From contig NZ_CP059223.1 of NCBI RefSeq assembly GCF_014252415.1, forward strand, positions 150,001-182,000: a stretch of 32,000 nt of DNA, given 5' to 3'. Positions 27,454 to 32,000 of this stretch are shown here, piece after piece; the first letter of the stretch is position 1; each line of letters opens with the position of its first letter. The position numbers were made by a program, and so were the translations under genes. The notes beneath the pieces were generated by a model, which did no database searches, was not told where the DNA came from, and was given only the letters and a program-made list of their open reading frames with translations. The DNA is from Candidatus Saccharimonadota bacterium. GTDB taxonomy: Bacteria > Bacteroidota > Bacteroidia > Flavobacteriales > Blattabacteriaceae.

Positions 27454-29220
27454 CTACATTCTATCTATCACGTCTATTCCTAATAAATTCATTCCAGATT
27501 TTAAAATATTTCCTGTTATATGAATTATATTCATACAAATATTACTATAAACAATATTTGTAACATCTATTAATTTTTTTTTTTGATATAAACGATTAAA
27601 TGTTTTAGATACTTCGTAAACATAATTTGCTAATAAAGATGGATCAAAGTTATTGGATGACTTTATTAGTACAAATGGATATTTGTTAATAACTTTAATT
27701 ACATTTTTTTCATATATACTAAATGTAGTATTATTCCAATAATTATTTATTAAATAACAATTTTTAAAAAATTTTCGTTCTAAAGAACGGATTCTTGAAT
27801 AGGTATATTGAATATATACTCCAGTTTTTCCTTTAAAATTTATAGATTTTAAAGGATCAAAAATAATTTTTTTTTTAGGATTTATTTTAAGAAAATAATA
27901 TTTGAGAGCACTTAATCCTATTTTTTCATAAGAAATAACTTTATCTTTTTTATATTTTTTTATTAATTTTTTTTCATAAAAATTATTTTTTGCTATTGAT
28001 GTCATTTTTGATATTATATAATCTATATCAACAATATTTCCAATTCTAGATTGCATTTTTCCAGTTGGAAGAAAAACCATTTCATATGAAAAATGAAATA
28101 ATTTATTAATCCATAAATATCCAAGATCTTTTAGGATCTTAAATAGAATTTTGAAATGAGTTTCTTGTTCTTTTCCGACAACATAAATCATACTATCCAT
28201 ATTAAATTCTTTGAAACGTTTTATAGCGTTACCTATATCTTGAGTTATATATACTGAAGTTTGATCAGATCTTAATAAAAGTTTTGGAGAAAATCCTTTT
28301 GTATCAAAATCAATCCAAATTGATTCATCTTTTTTTTTAAAAAAAATTCCTTTTTTAAGACCATTTTTTATAATTTTTTTTCCAATATTGTATATATCAC
28401 TTTCATATTCTGTTATATTAAAATTTACCCCCAATTTTTTATAAGTATCTGTAAATCCATTATAAACCCAATTATTCATCTTTTTCCACAAATCTACAGT
28501 TTTCACATCTCCTTTTTCCCATTTTTTCAATAATATTCTTGCGCATTTTAATATAGGAGTTTCTTTTATTTTATATTTTTTTAACTCTTCACGATAAACT
28601 TTTTCAAAAATACTATAATATTTACCAACAAAATGATCTCCTTTAATATTTTTATTAATTGGAGTCATACCTTTTCCAAATTTTTTCCATGCAACTATAG
28701 ATTTACATATATGTATTCCTCTATCATTAATTATTTGTATTTGTATTACATCGTGTCCAATCATTTTTAATATATTTGACATAGATGATCCAATAAGGAT
28801 ATTTCTTAAATGACCTAAATGAAGAGGTTTATTAGCATTAGGAGATGAATATTCTATCATTATTTTTTTTTTTTTTAAAAAAAAATTTTTTTTTATCTCA
28901 TAAAAAAAATCTGAATTAGACATTTCTTTAAGAAGGGATACATAATAATCATTATTAAAAATAAAATTTAAAAATCCTTTTAAAATAAAAAATTTAATAG
29001 ATCCATTTAATGCATTATTAACATAATTTCCTATATTTTCTCCTATTTCTTTAATAGGTTTATTAAGATCGATAGATAATGAAAATAACACTAAAGAAAT
29101 ATCACCAAAATCCTTATTTTTAGGATATTGAAAATCTAAATTTATAATTTTTTTTTTGTAAATGCTCAATATTGCTATTCTAATAATCTTTTCTACAGGT
29201 TGAAAATAATTTTTATTCAT
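27454..29220 (-). CDS. argS: arginyl-tRNA synthetase
   Basis: SSPNANKPLHLGHLRN (HIGH), a class I core, and a DALR-type C-terminus ending ...GIDVIDRM. Preferred start is ATG 29220 (MNKNYFQP), forming TAATG with the ilvE stop. The track start at 29250 is a TTG inside ilvE. Confidence 0.9.
   Translation of the reverse strand: MNKNYFQPVEKIIRIAILSIYKKKIINLDFQYPKNKDFGDISLVLFSLSIDLNKPIKEIGENIGNYVNNALNGSIKFFILKGFLNFIFNNDYYVSLLKEMSNSDFFYEIKKNFFLKKKKIMIEYSSPNANKPLHLGHLRNILIGSSMSNILKMIGHDVIQIQIINDRGIHICKSIVAWKKFGKGMTPINKNIKGDHFVGKYYSIFEKVYREELKKYKIKETPILKCARILLKKWEKGDVKTVDLWKKMNNWVYNGFTDTYKKLGVNFNITEYESDIYNIGKKIIKNGLKKGIFFKKKDESIWIDFDTKGFSPKLLLRSDQTSVYITQDIGNAIKRFKEFNMDSMIYVVGKEQETHFKILFKILKDLGYLWINKLFHFSYEMVFLPTGKMQSRIGNIVDIDYIISKMTSIAKNNFYEKKLIKKYKKDKVISYEKIGLSALKYYFLKINPKKKIIFDPLKSINFKGKTGVYIQYTYSRIRSLERKFFKNCYLINNYWNNTTFSIYEKNVIKVINKYPFVLIKSSNNFDPSLLANYVYEVSKTFNRLYQKKKLIDVTNIVYSNICMNIIHITGNILKSGMNLLGIDVIDRM
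28863..28894. repeat. composite homopolymer tract T14-A9-T9 inside argS
   Basis: Counted directly. In frame on the minus strand it encodes KKNFFLKKKKI. Confidence 0.9.
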
Positions 29221-30281
29221 TATATATTTTTTTTTAATAAAACTCTCCAACCAAAAATATCTTTTGATAAATTATGTTGTATATCTAATAATTTTTTTTT
29301 TAGTCGAAGTGATAATCTTTCTGGTTTTGATAAATCAGGAAGATAATAGTTATTTCCTTTATAACTAATAGATTGAAAAAAAATTATAACAGCAGCGGTT
29401 CCACATCCGAAAGCTTCTTTTAGATCACCTTTCTTTATTCCTTCTATAACTTCCAAAACATTTAAATCTCTTTCTTCTACTATAATTTTTTCTTCTCTAG
29501 CTAGAGTAAGTATACTATTACAAGTAATTCCTCTTAATATACTATCATTCGCTTTTGGCGTTATTAATTTATCTTTTAATAAAAAAAATACATTCATAGT
29601 TCCTAATTCTTCTATTTTTGTATGAGTAGAAGAATCGGTCCAAAGAATTTGATCGAATCCTTCATTATTTGCTATTTTAGTTGGATAAAATGACGATGCA
29701 TAGTTTCCTGCAGCTTTTGCAAATCCTACTCCTCCTTTTACAGATCTACTATAATTTTCTTCTATTTTAACTTTTAAAGGATGATTATAATAAGAATCAA
29801 CTGGAGTTGATATAATAATAAATATATAATCTTTAGATGGTTTTGCTGATAAAATTCCACTTGTAGCTATTAAAAAAGGACGAATATATAAAGATTTTCC
29901 ATAGCTTTTTGGTATCCAATTTCTATCTATATCTACAAGCTTCTTTAATCCATTCATAAATATATTTTCAGGTATAGCAGGCATTTCTAAACGAATCGCA
30001 GATTTATTTATTCTTTTAAAATTTTCTTCTGGACGAAATAAAAAAACTTTATTTTTTTTATCTTTATATGCTTTCATACCTTCAAATACAGCTTGTCCAT
30101 AATGAAAAACTAATGATATAGGAGATAACAATATTTTTTCAAATGGTTTAATTATAGAATCTTTCCATCTTCCATTGTTAAATTTTGAAATAAACATATG
30201 ATCTGAATAATATTTACCAAAAGAAATATTATTAAAATTTATATTTTTTATTCTTGAACATATAGTTTTTCTTATTTTCAT
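29220..30281 (-). CDS. ilvE: branched-chain amino acid aminotransferase
   Basis: 353 aa class IV aminotransferase (FEGMKAY, YIRPF, AKAAGNYASS, GTAAVI). Confidence 0.93.
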   Translation of the reverse strand: MKIRKTICSRIKNINFNNISFGKYYSDHMFISKFNNGRWKDSIIKPFEKILLSPISLVFHYGQAVFEGMKAYKDKKNKVFLFRPEENFKRINKSAIRLEMPAIPENIFMNGLKKLVDIDRNWIPKSYGKSLYIRPFLIATSGILSAKPSKDYIFIIISTPVDSYYNHPLKVKIEENYSRSVKGGVGFAKAAGNYASSFYPTKIANNEGFDQILWTDSSTHTKIEELGTMNVFFLLKDKLITPKANDSILRGITCNSILTLAREEKIIVEERDLNVLEVIEGIKKGDLKEAFGCGTAAVIIFFQSISYKGNNYYLPDLSKPERLSLRLKKKLLDIQHNLSKDIFGWRVLLKKNI

Positions 30282-30325
30282 AAAATCATTAAATAAAATA
30301 TTACAAAAATAAAATTATTTATTTT

Positions 30326-32000
30326 TTAATTTTCATTTATAATTTTTATTACTTTTTCTATAATATCTTCAACAGAAGGTTTAGAAAAATAATCTCCATC
30401 TGATCCATAAGGTGGTCTATGTTCTTTGGCTGTTATGGTATTAGGAGGGCTATCTAAATAATAGTATCCATTTTGATCCTCTAATATTTTTTGCATAATA
30501 TAAGCAGAAGCACCACCTGGGACATCTTCATCTACAATTAGTAGTTTATTAGTTTTTTTTAAACTTTTTACTATATCTTGTTGTAAATCAAAAGGAATTA
30601 AAGATTGAATATCAATAATTTCACTATTTATGTTAAATTTAAATAACTCTTCGGCTGCTTCATTTACAATTTTCCATGTAGATCCATAAGTAACAATAGT
30701 AATATCTTTTCCTTTTCTTGTTTTTTCTACTATTCCAATAGGAGTTTTAAAAACTCCTAAATTATTAGGTAATCTTTCTTTAATTCTATATCCATTTAAA
30801 CATTCAATTACTAAAGCTGGATCATCTGATGATAATAATGTATTATAAAAGCCAGCTGCTTTTACCATATTTCTAGGTACGAGGATCAAAACTCCTCTTA
30901 AATAATTGATAATCCCCCCTATGGGGGATCCAGAATGCCATATTCCTTCTAAACGATGACCTCTTGTTCTAATAATTAGTGGTGATTTTTGTCCTCCTTT
31001 AGTTCTATATTGTAAACAAGCAAGATCATCACTAATAATTTGTAATGCATATAAAATATAATCTATATATTGTATTTCAACTATAGGACGTAATCCTCTC
31101 ATAGCCAATCCTATACCTTGTCCTATAATAGTAGACTCTCTTACACCAGTATCAAAAACCCTGGTTTTTCCATATTTTTTTTGTAAACCTTCTAGTCCTT
31201 TATTGACATCCCCCATTTTCCCAACATCTTCTCCGAAGATTAATAAATCAGGATATAATTTCAATAATCTATCAAAGTTTTCTCTTAAAATAATTCTTCC
31301 ATCAACTTCTAAAGAGGAATAATTATATGTTGGAAAAATTTCATAAAAATTTTTAAAAGAATAGATAGAATTACTATATAAATGTGAAGAATAATTATTC
31401 GATTCTTTTCTATATTGTGTTTTCATCCATTTAATCAAAATCTTTTTTGAATTTGAATGAATAAATGAATTAGATTTTATTTGGCTTAATGAACATAACA
31501 ATCTTCTTATCGGAAAGAATATAGATTTTTTTGTTATTATATTATCATTATATAAATCATTAGTATATTCTTTAATCCAATTACAATTAGGATGTTCTTT
31601 TTTTATATTTTTTATTATTTCCAATGCATGAAATCTAATTGAATTTATAGATTTTTTAAAATGAATCCATGCTTCTTTTTGTTTTTTTATTACATATTTT
31701 TTTGATTCAATATCTATTTTATGTAAAATATTATGATTTTTTATGATTTTAATTCCATTAAATTTAAAATTTAAAATCCATTCTCTAAATATTTTTAATC
31801 CATCATTTTTAATTTCCCATTTTAAACGATTTTTGGATTTATAATTCTCATGTGAAGAAGAAGTAGAATGTCCTTGAGGTTGAGTTAAATTTTTAACATG
31901 TATTATAACAGGTATATATTCTTTACGAGCTATTTCATCAGCTTCAATATATGTTTTTATAAGATTAATATAGTCGTATCCATTTACTTTAATAATCTCT
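30326..32000 (-). CDS. fused 2-oxoacid dehydrogenase E1 component, alpha/beta subunits in one polypeptide (5' end beyond the right edge)
   Basis: My hand translation of 31625-31999 in the same frame finds no stop and no Met: ...VIIHVKNLTQPQGHSTSSSHENYKSKNRLKWE... This is the E1-alpha TPP-subunit C-terminus, continuous with the E1-beta-like part (FGEDVGKMGDVNKG, FDTGVRESTIIG). The track start at 31624 is merely the first TTG. Confidence 0.85.
   Translation of the reverse strand, partial: EIIKVNGYDYINLIKTYIEADEIARKEYIPVIIHVKNLTQPQGHSTSSSHENYKSKNRLKWEIKNDGLKIFREWILNFKFNGIKIIKNHNILHKIDIESKKYVIKKQKEAWIHFKKSINSIRFHALEIIKNIKKEHPNCNWIKEYTNDLYNDNIITKKSIFFPIRRLLCSLSQIKSNSFIHSNSKKILIKWMKTQYRKESNNYSSHLYSNSIYSFKNFYEIFPTYNYSSLEVDGRIILRENFDRLLKLYPDLLIFGEDVGKMGDVNKGLEGLQKKYGKTRVFDTGVRESTIIGQGIGLAMRGLRPIVEIQYIDYILYALQIISDDLACLQYRTKGGQKSPLIIRTRGHRLEGIWHSGSPIGGIINYLRGVLILVPRNMVKAAGFYNTLLSSDDPALVIECLNGYRIKERLPNNLGVFKTPIGIVEKTRKGKDITIVTYGSTWKIVNEAAEELFKFNINSEIIDIQSLIPFDLQQDIVKSLKKTNKLLIVDEDVPGGASAYIMQKILEDQNGYYYLDSPPNTITAKEHRPPYGSDGDYFSKPSVEDIIEKVIKIINEN

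Noticed and set aside
31731-31750. Perfect tandem duplication ttatgatttt ttatgatttt.
   Set aside because: It lies inside the intact E1 reading frame (encoding KIIKNHN), has only two copies, and is 20 nt of low-complexity AT-rich sequence. This is most likely chance or minor slippage with no evident function.
1-32000. Searched for a novel multi-gene system: defence island, toxin-antitoxin, CRISPR, prophage, transposon, secretion or biosynthetic cluster, RNA genes.
   Set aside because: Every ORF of at least 60 aa that is not antisense junk has a clear housekeeping identity. Spacers total about 0.7 kb, with the largest 123 nt. I saw no direct or inverted long repeats, no integrase or transposase-like sequence, no repeat-spacer array, and no GC-rich island that could hold a tRNA, rRNA or structured RNA. 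The honest result is an ordinary, streamlined core-genome region.

Overview
Very AT-rich, extremely gene-dense chromosomal segment: under my gene models only about 0.7 kb of 32 kb is intergenic. Protein sequences and gene content point to a genome-reduced Flavobacteriia (Bacteroidota) insect endosymbiont, Blattabacterium-like; I cannot assign a strain, and this rests on recognition without a database search. I call 30 protein-coding genes, all housekeeping or nutrient-provisioning. They are: a purine block purF-purM-purN-purH-purD-guaA (+); accD and fbaA (-); a UvrD/AddA-like helicase (+); lipA (-); a Nif3-like / COG1579 coiled-coil / thioredoxin-like trio (+); DHH phosphoesterase, CCA-adding enzyme, tsaC and dapD (-); ruvX and def (+); then one long minus-strand run of fused 2-oxoacid dehydrogenase E1 alpha/beta (partial), ilvE, argS, ffh, glpD, glpK, glpF, thrS, infC, rpmI, rplT. 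I found no tRNA, rRNA or other RNA genes, no CRISPR, no transposases, integrases or phage genes, no long repeats, and nothing resembling a defence island or other novel multi-gene system. The genetic code appears standard (TGG Trp; TGA used as a stop at purN). The ORF track translates TTG and GTG starts as M and begins each ORF at the first such codon, so I corrected several boundaries (both edge genes, nif3, glpD, argS, infC). The points worth a second look are gene-level reductive-evolution oddities: a ThrRS with no room for its N-terminal TGS/editing domains, a GlpF channel with both NPA boxes altered (NPC/NPT), a helicase with intact motifs but no C-terminal nuclease domain, a Cys-less zinc-ribbon protein paired with Nif3, a hidden non-AUG infC start, and long in-frame homopolymer tracts.
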